A DNA stretch of 64,000 nt from Candidatus Multivoradales bacterium (GTDB lineage Bacteria; Acidobacteriota; Thermoanaerobaculia; Multivoradales; Multivoraceae): assembly GCA_965223325.1 (NCBI GenBank), contig CBDCWI010000002.1, positions 1 to 64,000 on the forward strand, given 5' to 3'. The position numbers and the translations under genes are program-made. The notes under the pieces were generated by a model that had not been told where the DNA came from, made no database searches, and saw nothing but the letters and a program-made list of their open reading frames with translations. The stretch's first letter is position 1. Each line of letters begins with the position of its first letter. Below, in pieces: positions 46,056-55,585 of this stretch.

Positions 46056-46427
46056 GTGGCCAGCGGGGCAGTGGTCGGCACGATCCTGGGCAGGATCGCT
46101 GCCGAGGTCGTGCCGGCCGTGCTCTCGCAACGCGGCAAGAAACGTCACGCCCGAATCTCGTGGATGGTGTGGGACCTGGTCCTTCGCGCCAGGCGGATGA
46201 CCGACCTACCCGGAACCTCGAGGGCCGCGTGGGTCGTAGGCGAACTCTACGAGCTCCCAACCCGAGGCGGCTGGTGGCGCCGCCGGCGTTGGAAATGGAT
46301 TCGCCGCGAGGAGATCTCCGCTGTTACCGAGCTGGTCCGGCGGGTCTACCAGGAGCAGCAGAAGCTCGGCGCCCTCGATATGGCCGATCTGCCGCCCGCG
46401 CCTCCAGGGTGCGAAAACTGCCCCTGA
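46056..46427 (+). CDS. Hypothetical protein with amphipathic N-terminus and Trp/Arg-rich segment
   Basis: Last rightward prophage gene. Confidence 0.5.
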   Translation: MASGAVVGTILGRIAAEVVPAVLSQRGKKRHARISWMVWDLVLRARRMTDLPGTSRAAWVVGELYELPTRGGWWRRRRWKWIRREEISAVTELVRRVYQEQQKLGALDMADLPPAPPGCENCP

Positions 46428-46572
46428 ATCTGTCCCATTTACCCCTAGGGTATCGGGGGAAGATTCACGGCAGTTTTGGGTGGGGGAAGAAAAAGTCAGC
46501 GACCCGGCGGAGCAGTCTGCTCGCACGGGTAGTTTGGAGGGAAACCCGACCCGGGCCGCTGTGCCCAAACCT

Positions 46573-46926
46573 CTAGGACCATCGGGATACATCGCCGGCC
46601 TCGAACCCGTCCTCGAACAACGGGCCACTTTCCGCCGGCGCCTCCTTCCAGGACGGGAAAGCGGGACGGCACCCGTGCTGGCGCTCTGCCCAGTACCTCC
46701 GGAGGACCATCGGCCCCCGGGGGCTGCGCACACTCGAGAACTCTCGCCATAGGGCATAGTTGTCGGCGTTGACGCGCTGTCCGTACTCTGAGCAGGATTC
46801 GTTCGACTGGCGCTTCCACTCGGCGGCGCCGCTTCGCGGTAGCAGCGTCGCAACTGCCAGACCTCCGATGATGCCGGCGGCTCCGAGGGCGGCGAGCACG
46901 TTCTCGCCGGCTTTGATGGCCATCAA
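46573..46926 (-). CDS. Exported small protein with C-terminal FxDGFE-type motif
   Basis: N-terminal hydrophobic segment; ends LFEDGFEAGDVSRWS. Confidence 0.65.
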   Translation of the reverse strand: MMAIKAGENVLAALGAAGIIGGLAVATLLPRSGAAEWKRQSNESCSEYGQRVNADNYALWREFSSVRSPRGPMVLRRYWAERQHGCRPAFPSWKEAPAESGPLFEDGFEAGDVSRWS

Positions 46927-47493
46927 TCAGACCCCCTGATTCTTTTCGAGATAGCCCCCATACACCGCGTCCCAATCGGTTTCAGGGTCCTCGGCTGCTC
47001 TCTTGGCTGCAAGCCGCGCGAAGAAGTCAGCCTGTCGCCTTTCGTGCTCTCGGCGCACGGTCTCGCGGTAGTGCGCGAGGCGCTCGTCGTCCTCTTGGTC
47101 GCAACGGGCTCGCCACGCCGTGTGCTCCTGCGCGACGATCTCCGCCCAGTCCTCGTCGCTCGACACCTGCTCGGAGATACTCGACAGGTCGAGCCAAAGC
47201 TGTTCCAGGCGCCGCCCATCCACCACGCCAACGAGAACGGCGCGGCGCTGCCATCTCTCGCGCTCGGCGATGAACTCATCGAGCGTCGGCAACCCAGGGT
47301 CGCCGCCAGGCAGGTAGTACGACCAGGGAGGCGTTTCGTCGACCAGGTCGAGCCCCTCGAAGATCTCGTGCATCGTTCGGCCCAAGGCGCGGGTAACAAA
47401 GCGCATGTCTCGAGACTGAAAGACCCACAGCCTCCGCAGCTCAAGCAACTGCTCCTCGGTCCATTTCGTCGACGTGCCGTCACGAGGCGGCAT
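46927..47493 (-). CDS. Hypothetical protein with Myb/GcrA-like N-terminal HTH
   Basis: KWTEEQLLELRRLW...VTRALGRT. Confidence 0.5.
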   Translation of the reverse strand: MPPRDGTSTKWTEEQLLELRRLWVFQSRDMRFVTRALGRTMHEIFEGLDLVDETPPWSYYLPGGDPGLPTLDEFIAERERWQRRAVLVGVVDGRRLEQLWLDLSSISEQVSSDEDWAEIVAQEHTAWRARCDQEDDERLAHYRETVRREHERRQADFFARLAAKRAAEDPETDWDAVYGGYLEKNQGV

Positions 47494-48085
47494 CGCGATA
47501 TGTACGTCCAGCGAGGATCGCCCGCACGGTACTGTCGCCTACGCCGAGGCGCCGCGCGATGGCCCAGGGCTTCCACCCGGCGCGAGCCATTTTGAGAGCA
47601 TCTCGAGCTTGTTGGTTGGTAAGCCTGCGCCGCTTGGGCTTGCTGTAACGAGCGAGGTGGCGATGTCGGCAAGGGTGGTCAAGCACTTCATAGTGGTCTG
47701 GCTTGATGCAGCCTCGGGTGCCGCAAGTTCGGACGACATATTTGCCCTTGGGCACGGTCTCTTTCAGGGCCACGTGCATCATCCGCGTCAGGGAGTACTG
47801 GGTCGGCCTGTGCTTTCCTCGGCCGACGCTTATGCGCGGCGAAGAAGGGCCGCACAGTGCGTACGTCGTCAGCCAGTGGCCTTTGTGCTCGAACGTTCTT
47901 TGCGAGACGCGTCTGAGGATGAGTGCGCAGCGCCGCGGGTGGAGATCGTACGTTGCTGCCATTTCCATCAAACCGCCCGGCCTCACGCTTCGCTCAATCG
48001 CGTCGAACTCTTCACAGGCCTGCGCGATTAGCTCGGGTGGCATACCGATCTGGTCGAAGATCTCCTCGAGGCGGTTGCTACTCAT
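47480..48085 (-). CDS. HNH-like (zinc-binding loop) protein with C-terminal HTH
   Basis: VRTCGTRGCIKPDH; WAIARRLGVGDSTVRAILAGRTY. Confidence 0.7.
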   Translation of the reverse strand: MSSNRLEEIFDQIGMPPELIAQACEEFDAIERSVRPGGLMEMAATYDLHPRRCALILRRVSQRTFEHKGHWLTTYALCGPSSPRISVGRGKHRPTQYSLTRMMHVALKETVPKGKYVVRTCGTRGCIKPDHYEVLDHPCRHRHLARYSKPKRRRLTNQQARDALKMARAGWKPWAIARRLGVGDSTVRAILAGRTYRDAAS

Positions 48086-49674
48086 CGTCGCGCTTTCCTC
48101 TTCCGCCACCAGCTAACCAACCAGCCGACCAGGCCGGCGAGCGCCGCAGCGACCAGACCCTTCTCGAGGTCGTCGTCGTTGTCCGGCTTGGGGATCTGCC
48201 CGCTGGGCTCGGGCATGGGAACCTGCCCCTCGCGGGACAGGACCAGCCTTCCGTCGGTTCTCCAGTGCAGATGGACCTCGTGCGGGGACTGCGGACCGAA
48301 CGCCCAGGTCACCGGCTCACGGGGGCTCGTGGGCATAGCGACCAGGGACCTGCCCTGCACCTCGACGACTACAACCCCCTTGGATTTCAGCGGTGGCCCC
48401 GGAGACCCGGCCTTGATGAAAGTCGATCCGCCGTCCTTCTCGATCGCGACGATCTCTGCGGCGTCGTTCCAGCCGCGATTCATCCAGCTGACGCCCCAAG
48501 ATGCAGTTCTTCGAACGTGCAGCTCGGTGATCAGCTTGGCCGGCGGGAGTTCGTTCCAGAGTTCCACCGCTGCTTCGGGCCGGCCGTGAACAACCGCCTG
48601 ACGCAGCGCTTCTTCCATCCGGGGGCCGGCGAAGTGGGCTCGGTGCTCGAGGAGCCACTCGACCCCCGGGATGGTCCAGCCGCGGTCTGGGTCCATCTCG
48701 CCGGCGGGCAAGATCGGATCAGGTACTGCCTTGCTCTTGCGCAGTAGCTCGAGGCCGGCGAGGTTCTCGATCAGGCTCGTGACCGGAGCCCAGCCCGTGC
48801 TCACGCCCCACTTGGTTCGGAACCCGGCGGATGCCGTCCACCACCGTTGGCCGACCTTGGGTGCTCGCTTCGCGTCTTCGCTGGAGTCCAGCCAGGGGAA
48901 GGTGTTGAGCCCGTGGAGAATCGACCATCGCCGCAGCCAGGCCCGGGCATAGGCGCGGTGCCCCGCATTGCCCGAGTAGAGGAGCACGCAGAGCCACGCG
49001 ACTGCCGACCAGACCCCGTAGTTGCCTCGGTTGCCCAGCTCGCCCCCGTGCCAGCCGACAACCTGCTCGTCCCTGATCAGGACGTCGCACAGGTCGGGGA
49101 AAAGAGCCGCCAACATGGCGGCCCAGTTGTCGGACCGCCCGCCGCCGATCAGTGGTTCGCCGTCGTCGAGCTTCGCGCGGAATCGGGCGGCGATTCTCAG
49201 GACCTTCTCCCAGATCGGCTTCGGAATGTCGTCGCCTAGAAGCCGACAGCCGACCGGCTACGCCGAGAGCCTCTTCGTTCTGCCCGTGGCGAACCACGCC
49301 CTGGGCGTCGTGGTTGGCCATAGCGATCGCGAGCCGCCGGCGTTGTTCGAGGGCTCCCCAGTCGCCATTCGGAGTCGAACCCTGCGTGCCACGTGGTGAG
49401 CAGGCCTGTTCCCGGTAGCAGGCGCTCGTATCGCTCTTGGCACGATCATGCTCTGGCCAGAAGAGCGCGATTACCCAGGCCGGGATCGTGGTGAAGCCTT
49501 CGGCCAGGCAGTCTTGGGCTGCTGGGTGGCGCCGGAGACATCGGCTCGGCTCGTCCCATCATGAAGAGTCTTCTTCCCGTGGCGGCCTCAGGCAGGCGCC
49601 ACCACGCAAGTCGCAAGCCTGATCAGGGGCGGCGCGAGGATGCGGTCCTCGAAGCTAGCTTCCTCACGACTCAC
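48082..49674 (-). pseudogene. Tail-anchored hypothetical protein; 3' part open (48082-49257), 5' part apparently broken by frameshifts
   Basis: C-terminal TM plus RKRKARR; protein-like reading switches frame several times between 49250 and 49670. Confidence 0.4.
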
Positions 49675-50058
49675 CCCCAGATGAGTCCAGACGGCCACCG
49701 GCTTCGGCGGAGGGTGCCCCGCCGGCGGCCGCCTGGGTCTCAAGCTGGCTGCTTGTGTGTCGTTCTAGGCCGTCACCCCCGTTGTTGGGGTGGAGCGGGC
49801 AGACGACGGAGTGTTCGCGGACGATGGCGGGTTCCGGCCCTGGACCTTGCCGTCGGAATCCGCAGTCGGGCCACCGGCAGCTATCGACACGACCCCATTC
49901 GTCAGTGTCCAGTACGGCCTCGCGCAGGTACTCTAGGAACACGGTGATGCTCACCCCAGCCGGCCAGTCTGGTGGTAGCGCCGCCACCGGCCGTCGCGGA
50001 GACGAGTGGAGGTGCCGGCAGTTGTCGCACTCGACACCGGGCAGGTGGGAGCAACTCA
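49664..50058 (-). CDS. Cys/His-rich hypothetical protein; start uncertain
   Basis: ECDNC; CRWPDC...HSVVCPLH. Confidence 0.4.
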
Positions 50059-50217
50059 CAATCGCGACACCCGTGGGCCACTGGTGGGCCACTCCTGCCC
50101 GCGGGGGTCGCCTTGAGCGCCAATAGCCGCCATTCGACCTATCTGGAGGCCCCTGATTTTGCTAGGGTTTGCGGCGGTTAACGTATTTACCGGCGTCGAT
50201 GCGCGGCCGACTTTCGC

Positions 50218-50264
50218 TTTCCTAAACCGTAGGTCGCAGGTTCGAATCCTGCCGGGCGCACCAG
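50218..50264 (+). repeat. attR core (3' part of tRNA-Arg)
   Basis: Identical to 3932-3978. Confidence 0.97.
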
Positions 50265-50356
50265 GGGCAAACCGGCCCCACGAGCGACTTCCCGATCCAC
50301 CAACCATCGAATCGGCCCTACCGTACGCCGCCGGTTCGCAGAGCAGGCCTAGCAGT

Positions 50357-51079
50357 ATGAATCGACAGGACATCAAGCGCGACGAGGTTCGCGAAACCCT
50401 CGAGATCTGGTTCGACTGGATCTACGACCACCTGAAGACCATCGTCTGGGCTGCCCTGGTTCTTCTGGCCGCGGTGGTCGTTGGCGTTCTGATCTGGACG
50501 AATCAGCAAAACAAGATTGCGCGCGCCAACGATGCCCTGGCGGACGCGGTGCGGGTGTACGAGGCGCCGGTCATTGCCCCCGATGTGGTGGAGGAGCCGA
50601 CGCCCGATGATCCCACCAATCCGAGCTTCGGCTCTCTGGAGGCTCGCCAGTCGAAGGCTCGTGAGCTCTTCGAGGTGGTGCGGAGCGAGTACGGTTCGAG
50701 CGAGGCGGCTGATATCGCTGGGGTCTATCTGGCGCGGCTGGCGCTGGCCGACGGTGACCGGGCGACTGCTCGCCAGCTGTGGGAAGGGTTTCTCACGACC
50801 CGCCGCGGCCACGCCCTGTCGACCGCAGTGCGCCTGAACCTCTGGAGCCTCGAACGCGCCGAGGGCAATACCGAGCAGGTCGCGGAACAGATTCGCTCGC
50901 GAATCGACTCCGCCGACGCCCAGATTCCACAGGACGTCCTGTTGTGGGAACTGGGCGTCACGCTCGAGGAGGCCGGCCAGGCCGAGGAAGCACGGCAGGC
51001 CTTTCAGCGGCTTGTCGATGACTACCCGACCTCGCCTTGGGCGCAGTCTTCGCGCCAGCGCCTCGACAGCCCGTCTTGA
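50357..51079 (+). CDS. YfgM-like membrane-anchored TPR protein
   Basis: N-terminal TM, TPR helices, FQRLVDDYPTSPW. Confidence 0.75.
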   Translation: MNRQDIKRDEVRETLEIWFDWIYDHLKTIVWAALVLLAAVVVGVLIWTNQQNKIARANDALADAVRVYEAPVIAPDVVEEPTPDDPTNPSFGSLEARQSKARELFEVVRSEYGSSEAADIAGVYLARLALADGDRATARQLWEGFLTTRRGHALSTAVRLNLWSLERAEGNTEQVAEQIRSRIDSADAQIPQDVLLWELGVTLEEAGQAEEARQAFQRLVDDYPTSPWAQSSRQRLDSPS

Positions 51080-51082
51080 GCG

Positions 51083-52426
51083 TTGAAGAGAGCGCCTGAC
51101 ACTCCGGATGACCCGCCGGAAGGTTCCTCGGATCTAGCGCTCGAGCCTTTCGCGATTCTCAATCGAAAGCGGTTCGGCGAGGAGCTGTCGCGGAGCGAGC
51201 TCGAGGCGGTCGCGCGCGGTGCAGCGCAAGGCTCCTGGGACGACGCTCAGCTCGGTGCCTTCTTGATGGCTGCTGCGATCCAAGGTCTCGGCGAGCTTGA
51301 GGCCGCGTCTTTGACCACCGCGATGCGCGATTCGGGGACTTGTTGGCGGCTGGCCGAGGACGTTCCAGGGGTGGTGGACAAGCACTCGACGGGGGGAGTT
51401 GGCGACAAAGTCTCGTTGGTGCTGGCGCCGGTTCTCGCAGCGCTCGACATTCCGGTCGCGATGTTGACGGGGCGGGCGCTCGGCCATACCGGCGGCACCG
51501 CGGACAAGCTCGAGAGCATCGCTGGGGTGGACCTGGCGCTCGATAGAGACGGTGCCGTTCGCTCTCTCGAGCAGACTGGAATGGCGATCGGAATCGCTAC
51601 CGAAGAGGTCGCACCGGCCGATCGACGGTTGTACGCCCTGCGTGATCGCACCGCGACGGTGAGTTCGATTCCGCTGGTCATCGCCAGCATCTTGTCGAAG
51701 AAGCTGGCCACCGGCACCGCGGCAATCGTCTTCGACGTCAAGACCGGCGACGGTGCCTTCTTCCCAGATCCTGAGGTGGCCTCCGAGCTCGCCCAGCGCC
51801 TGGTCGACGTGTCGAACGAAGTGGGTTGTCCAGCCCGGGCGCTTTTGACCGACATGAGCCAGCCGCTCGGCCGGGCGGTAGGGCATGCGGTCGAAGTCGA
51901 AGAAACGATCGCCTACCTCGAGGGTCGCGCTGATGAGCGCCTCAGCGAACTGACCAATCGTCTGGTCCTCGAGCTGGCTGCACTCCGCGACCAGGGCGTC
52001 GATCTGGTAGCGATCGAGGAGACGATCACCAGTGGCAGGGCTCGGGAGTGTTTCGAAGTCTGGGCGCGGCACCGGGGGGCTTCTTCCGACTGGCAGGCGA
52101 AGCTCGAACGCGCCCCTTCGGAGCATGTCGTGTGTGCAGAGGGAGCCGGGTATCTGGCCAGGGTTGAAACTCGGCGCCTCGGTGAGATCGTCGGACACGG
52201 AGGGCGTCCTGGTCAGCACGGCTCGCGTGGCGCCGCGGGGCTCGACCATGGAGTCGGTCTGATCTACGAAGCGCGCCTCGGCGAGCGCGTGGTGGCCGGC
52301 CAGCCGCTGGCCCGCCTCTTTCTCAGGCAACCCGACGAAGGCCTGGTCTCGGCTCTCGAAGGGTGCTTCGAGGTTCGCGAAGAACGGATCCAGGCGCCGG
52401 CGATCGTTCGCCGTTCGTTCGTCTAA
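51083..52426 (+). CDS. Thymidine / pyrimidine-nucleoside phosphorylase
   Basis: DKHSTGGVGDK, GRALGHTGGTADKLESI, SILSKK, DVKTGDGAF. Confidence 0.95.
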   Translation: MKRAPDTPDDPPEGSSDLALEPFAILNRKRFGEELSRSELEAVARGAAQGSWDDAQLGAFLMAAAIQGLGELEAASLTTAMRDSGTCWRLAEDVPGVVDKHSTGGVGDKVSLVLAPVLAALDIPVAMLTGRALGHTGGTADKLESIAGVDLALDRDGAVRSLEQTGMAIGIATEEVAPADRRLYALRDRTATVSSIPLVIASILSKKLATGTAAIVFDVKTGDGAFFPDPEVASELAQRLVDVSNEVGCPARALLTDMSQPLGRAVGHAVEVEETIAYLEGRADERLSELTNRLVLELAALRDQGVDLVAIEETITSGRARECFEVWARHRGASSDWQAKLERAPSEHVVCAEGAGYLARVETRRLGEIVGHGGRPGQHGSRGAAGLDHGVGLIYEARLGERVVAGQPLARLFLRQPDEGLVSALEGCFEVREERIQAPAIVRRSFV

Positions 52427-52456
52427 GGCCTCCCGGGGGTGGCGTCGCTCGTTTCT

Positions 52457-54427
52457 CTAGCGCGTGTCGGCGCTGCACAGGCAGTGCGCCGTGAGAGCTC
52501 GCGGGCTGTCGATTTGTTCGAAGAGGAGCTTCAACTCCGCGGTCAGTGTGAGCCAACCAGGGCCTTTGTGAGTCAGACTCTGTGGAGAGGCGAGAAACGG
52601 CAGGCGCTCGCTGAGCGATGCCCGCATCGTCGTTTTGACACTCTGATTGAACGCCTCCAGGAGTAGCTCCTGCCAGGTTGGCTCGTCGCTTGCGAAACGG
52701 CGTGGCGCGTCGTCGGGAAGCTCAGCCAGCTCGCGCGCCTTCGCGACGGCGGCATCGAGGTCGCCTAGAACGTCGACCAGGCCGAGTTCGTGGGCGTCGT
52801 GGCCGCTCCATACCCGCCCCTGGCCGATCTCGTCGACTCGTTCGACGGTCATCCCGCGGGCCTTGGCCACGCGATCGAGGAAGCGGCGGTAGCCCTTCTC
52901 GACGCTCTGTTGGAGGACGTCACGCAGGGGTTCGGAGGGACTGCGGTCGAGCGTCAGACCGCCGGCGAGTGGGCCGGTCTCGACACCGTCACTGTGAACG
53001 CCGAGGCGTGCGAGGCTGCGCTCGAAGGTCGGGAAGCCGCTGAAGATGCCGATTGAACCGGTGAGGGTCGTCGGGCTCGCGACGATGCTGTCTGCGGCGG
53101 TCGCGATCCAGTATCCACCCGAAGCGGCGACCGAACCCATCGACACGACGACGGGGGTGCCGCTCTCACGAATGGTCTGCAGCTTGCGACGAATGACCTC
53201 GGAGGCGAAGGCGCTACCACCCCCCGAGTCGATGCGAAGAACGAGTGCCTTGGCATGCTTACCTTCGGCCGCCCGGTCGAGACGGTTCGCAAGGGTGGTG
53301 CCACCGATGGCGCCGGCAGGTTGCTCGCCGTCGAGGATGACCCCCGCCGCGGTGACAATGACCACTCCGTCTTCGCGGAGGCGACGGTCACGCTCCGGCC
53401 GCTCGTTCTGGAGGTAGGTCTTGATGCTGACGCTCTTGAAAGAATCGTTGTTCTCACCGAGCTCTTCTTCGAGTTCGGCCTCGAGCTCTTCCCAGCCCAG
53501 CAAGCGATCGACCATTCCCAGGGCGAAGGCCGCCTCTGCGGCATCTCCGTCGTGGTCCCGCAACACCTCGGGGTAGGTCGCGACCCAGCGATCAAAGGTC
53601 TCCGCCGAAAGCTCGCGGGCGCCGAGCACCCGCTGGCGGTAGGCCCGCCATAGGTCGCCGAGCCAGTCCAGCCGCGACTCGCGGTCGGCATCTGACATCT
53701 CGTTCGAGAGGTACGGCTCGAGAGCCGACTTGAACTCGCCGACCTTGAAGATGTTGTAATCGACGTCGAGCTTCTCGAGTGCCTCGGCGAAGTACATGCG
53801 ATAGCTCGAGAAACCGGAGATGCTGAGCTCGCCCATGGGGTCGAGCACGATCTCATCGGCGTGCGCGGCCAGCAGGTAGTCGGACTGGCCGAGGTTGTCA
53901 CCGTAGGCAATGACCTTCTTCTCGGCCGCTCGGAAGCGTTTGATGGCGGCGGCCACCTCTTCGAGCTTGCTGAGGCCTCCACCGGCGAGGGAACGCAGGT
54001 CGAGAACCATCGAGTCGATGTCCTTGTCACGGGCGGCGAGGTCAATGGCGTCAATGACGTCGCGAACCAGGGTCTCCTGGGGGCTACCAGCGACCACGCC
54101 GAGGAGCGAGTCGGTGCTCAGCTCCTCGACCAGCTGGCCACTCGGGGCGACGACCAGAGCGGCACCACGCGGCACCTGGGCCGGGCTACCAACCGCTACG
54201 GCGCTCAAAAAGAGCATCAACAGGAAGCCGAAGAGGAACAGAATGGCGACCGTCAAGAGAATGCGTGAGCCGACGTCGAGGATGCGCCACATCCACAACA
54301 GCGCCTGAACCGGAGCCGAGTGCTGCTGGGCGGGCGGGCGCGGCTCCTGGGCGATTGCCGCTTGCGGTTGGCGAGGAGGAGGGTCGAACCGCGGGGACTG
54401 GGGTGGAGTGTTGTCGCTCGGTTCCAC
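52457..54427 (-). CDS. sppA: Signal peptide peptidase SppA, 67-kDa type
   Basis: VGEFKSALEP, LRIDSGGGS, SMGSVAASGGYW, TGSIGIF, GQGRVWSG. Confidence 0.95.
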   Translation of the reverse strand: MEPSDNTPPQSPRFDPPPRQPQAAIAQEPRPPAQQHSAPVQALLWMWRILDVGSRILLTVAILFLFGFLLMLFLSAVAVGSPAQVPRGAALVVAPSGQLVEELSTDSLLGVVAGSPQETLVRDVIDAIDLAARDKDIDSMVLDLRSLAGGGLSKLEEVAAAIKRFRAAEKKVIAYGDNLGQSDYLLAAHADEIVLDPMGELSISGFSSYRMYFAEALEKLDVDYNIFKVGEFKSALEPYLSNEMSDADRESRLDWLGDLWRAYRQRVLGARELSAETFDRWVATYPEVLRDHDGDAAEAAFALGMVDRLLGWEELEAELEEELGENNDSFKSVSIKTYLQNERPERDRRLREDGVVIVTAAGVILDGEQPAGAIGGTTLANRLDRAAEGKHAKALVLRIDSGGGSAFASEVIRRKLQTIRESGTPVVVSMGSVAASGGYWIATAADSIVASPTTLTGSIGIFSGFPTFERSLARLGVHSDGVETGPLAGGLTLDRSPSEPLRDVLQQSVEKGYRRFLDRVAKARGMTVERVDEIGQGRVWSGHDAHELGLVDVLGDLDAAVAKARELAELPDDAPRRFASDEPTWQELLLEAFNQSVKTTMRASLSERLPFLASPQSLTHKGPGWLTLTAELKLLFEQIDSPRALTAHCLCSADTR

Positions 54428-54428
54428 C

Positions 54429-55340
54429 TCAGCCGTCTCCGACCTTCACTTCGACACCGCGCAGAGTGTTCATCAAAGAGAGTGCCGGAGCGCGCCAGCG
54501 GTAGGCTTCGAGACGCCCCGTTTCCTGGCCGTCGACGTAGATGATGCCGGCAGGAATGCGGTTGAAGCCCGCCCGCTTGACCTCGGGATCGCTCTCTCGA
54601 TTCTGGGGGATGCCGTAGTACTCGAAGGTGATGTTGGATCCCTGGAGCTCTTCTTCGAGCCGCAGAATGTTGGGCAGCATCTCAGAGCACACCGAGCACC
54701 AGGTGCCGTAGTAGACCTTGATGTGAACCGGCTTGTCGAATTTCTTGAGTGCATCAACGTAGGCGGGCTGGACGATGGCACGCGCCGCCTTCTGGGCGTA
54801 GCTCGGGTTGTGGTCGATGACCTTCTTGCGGCTCGCCGGGCCGAGTAGCGGAGGCCTCGAGATGAGTCGCACGCGATGGTCCTCGATCTCGAAGGCGGGG
54901 CCGCCACCGGCGACCGAGTAGCGGCCCGTCCAGGTGACCGGCGCCCCGCTGATGAAGTCGACGCTACCGTCAGCCGCCTCGTCGAGGTCGGCCTTGTTGT
55001 AGGCCTCGAGACGCTGACCCGAGGGCAGGATGCGGACGATGCTCGAGAGCTCGGGGCTTCGCAAGACGACTCCGCGTCCCTGGGGACCGAAGTAGATGCG
55101 CGACTCGGGAGACTTCTCGCCGTCAATCTCGACATCGAAAGTGCCGATCAGATCGAAGCGCGGCGCCTTGGTACCGGTGGCGAGAGACTGCGCCTCGGCA
55201 ACGCCGGTGAAGATCGTGCCGGTTCTCGGGTCGCTGGGCGAGCACAAGAGGGCGACAACCAGAGCGCCGGCGGTGAACCCACCGAGGTTTCGCCCGCTGA
55301 GCGAACGTTTGCGGGCCGGATCGAGTCTGGAGTACTGCAT
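54429..55340 (-). CDS. Exported thioredoxin-fold protein
   Basis: GTWCSVC CxxC; N-terminal signal-like segment. Confidence 0.75.
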   Translation of the reverse strand: MQYSRLDPARKRSLSGRNLGGFTAGALVVALLCSPSDPRTGTIFTGVAEAQSLATGTKAPRFDLIGTFDVEIDGEKSPESRIYFGPQGRGVVLRSPELSSIVRILPSGQRLEAYNKADLDEAADGSVDFISGAPVTWTGRYSVAGGGPAFEIEDHRVRLISRPPLLGPASRKKVIDHNPSYAQKAARAIVQPAYVDALKKFDKPVHIKVYYGTWCSVCSEMLPNILRLEEELQGSNITFEYYGIPQNRESDPEVKRAGFNRIPAGIIYVDGQETGRLEAYRWRAPALSLMNTLRGVEVKVGDG

Positions 55341-55479
55341 GTTGGGGCCTCAGGCGTTGAGGAGATGGGCGAGCGATCAGACGGAGGTCTGTTGGTCGGG
55401 GCTGTCCGAGCTGGTCGAAGGGCGCTTCTGACCGGCGGCTCAGGCGCCGAGGAAGCTATCACGCAGCGGGTGATCCAGG

Positions 55480-55544
55480 CCGGGCACTCCCCGGGCACTC
55501 CCCGGGCACTCCCCGGGCAATTCCCGGGCGATTCCCGGGCAATT
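55480..55544 (+). repeat. 11-bp tandem repeat x6 (CCGGGCACTCC degenerating to CCGGGCAATTC)
   Basis: Read directly; intergenic. Confidence 0.9.
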
Positions 55545-55585
55545 GACTGGGGTGATTCTGGGATTTCGCGGCTCGACGACCCGCT

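Larger units (their letters stand above)
3932..50264. mobile_element. Temperate prophage, ~46.3 kb, HK97-type head, non-contractile tail, apparently complete
   Basis: 47-bp att repeats, integrase, repressor/cro, terminases, portal, capsid, tube, TMP, amidase; no sheath gene recognised. Confidence 0.95.

Noticed and set aside
49258-49260. In-frame TAG suggesting stop-codon readthrough or recoding
   Set aside because: Many prophage genes end at TAG, there is no suppressor tRNA, and upstream coding looks better in other frames.
50218-50264. Second tRNA gene
   Set aside because: Lacks the 5' acceptor strand and D-arm; it is attR.
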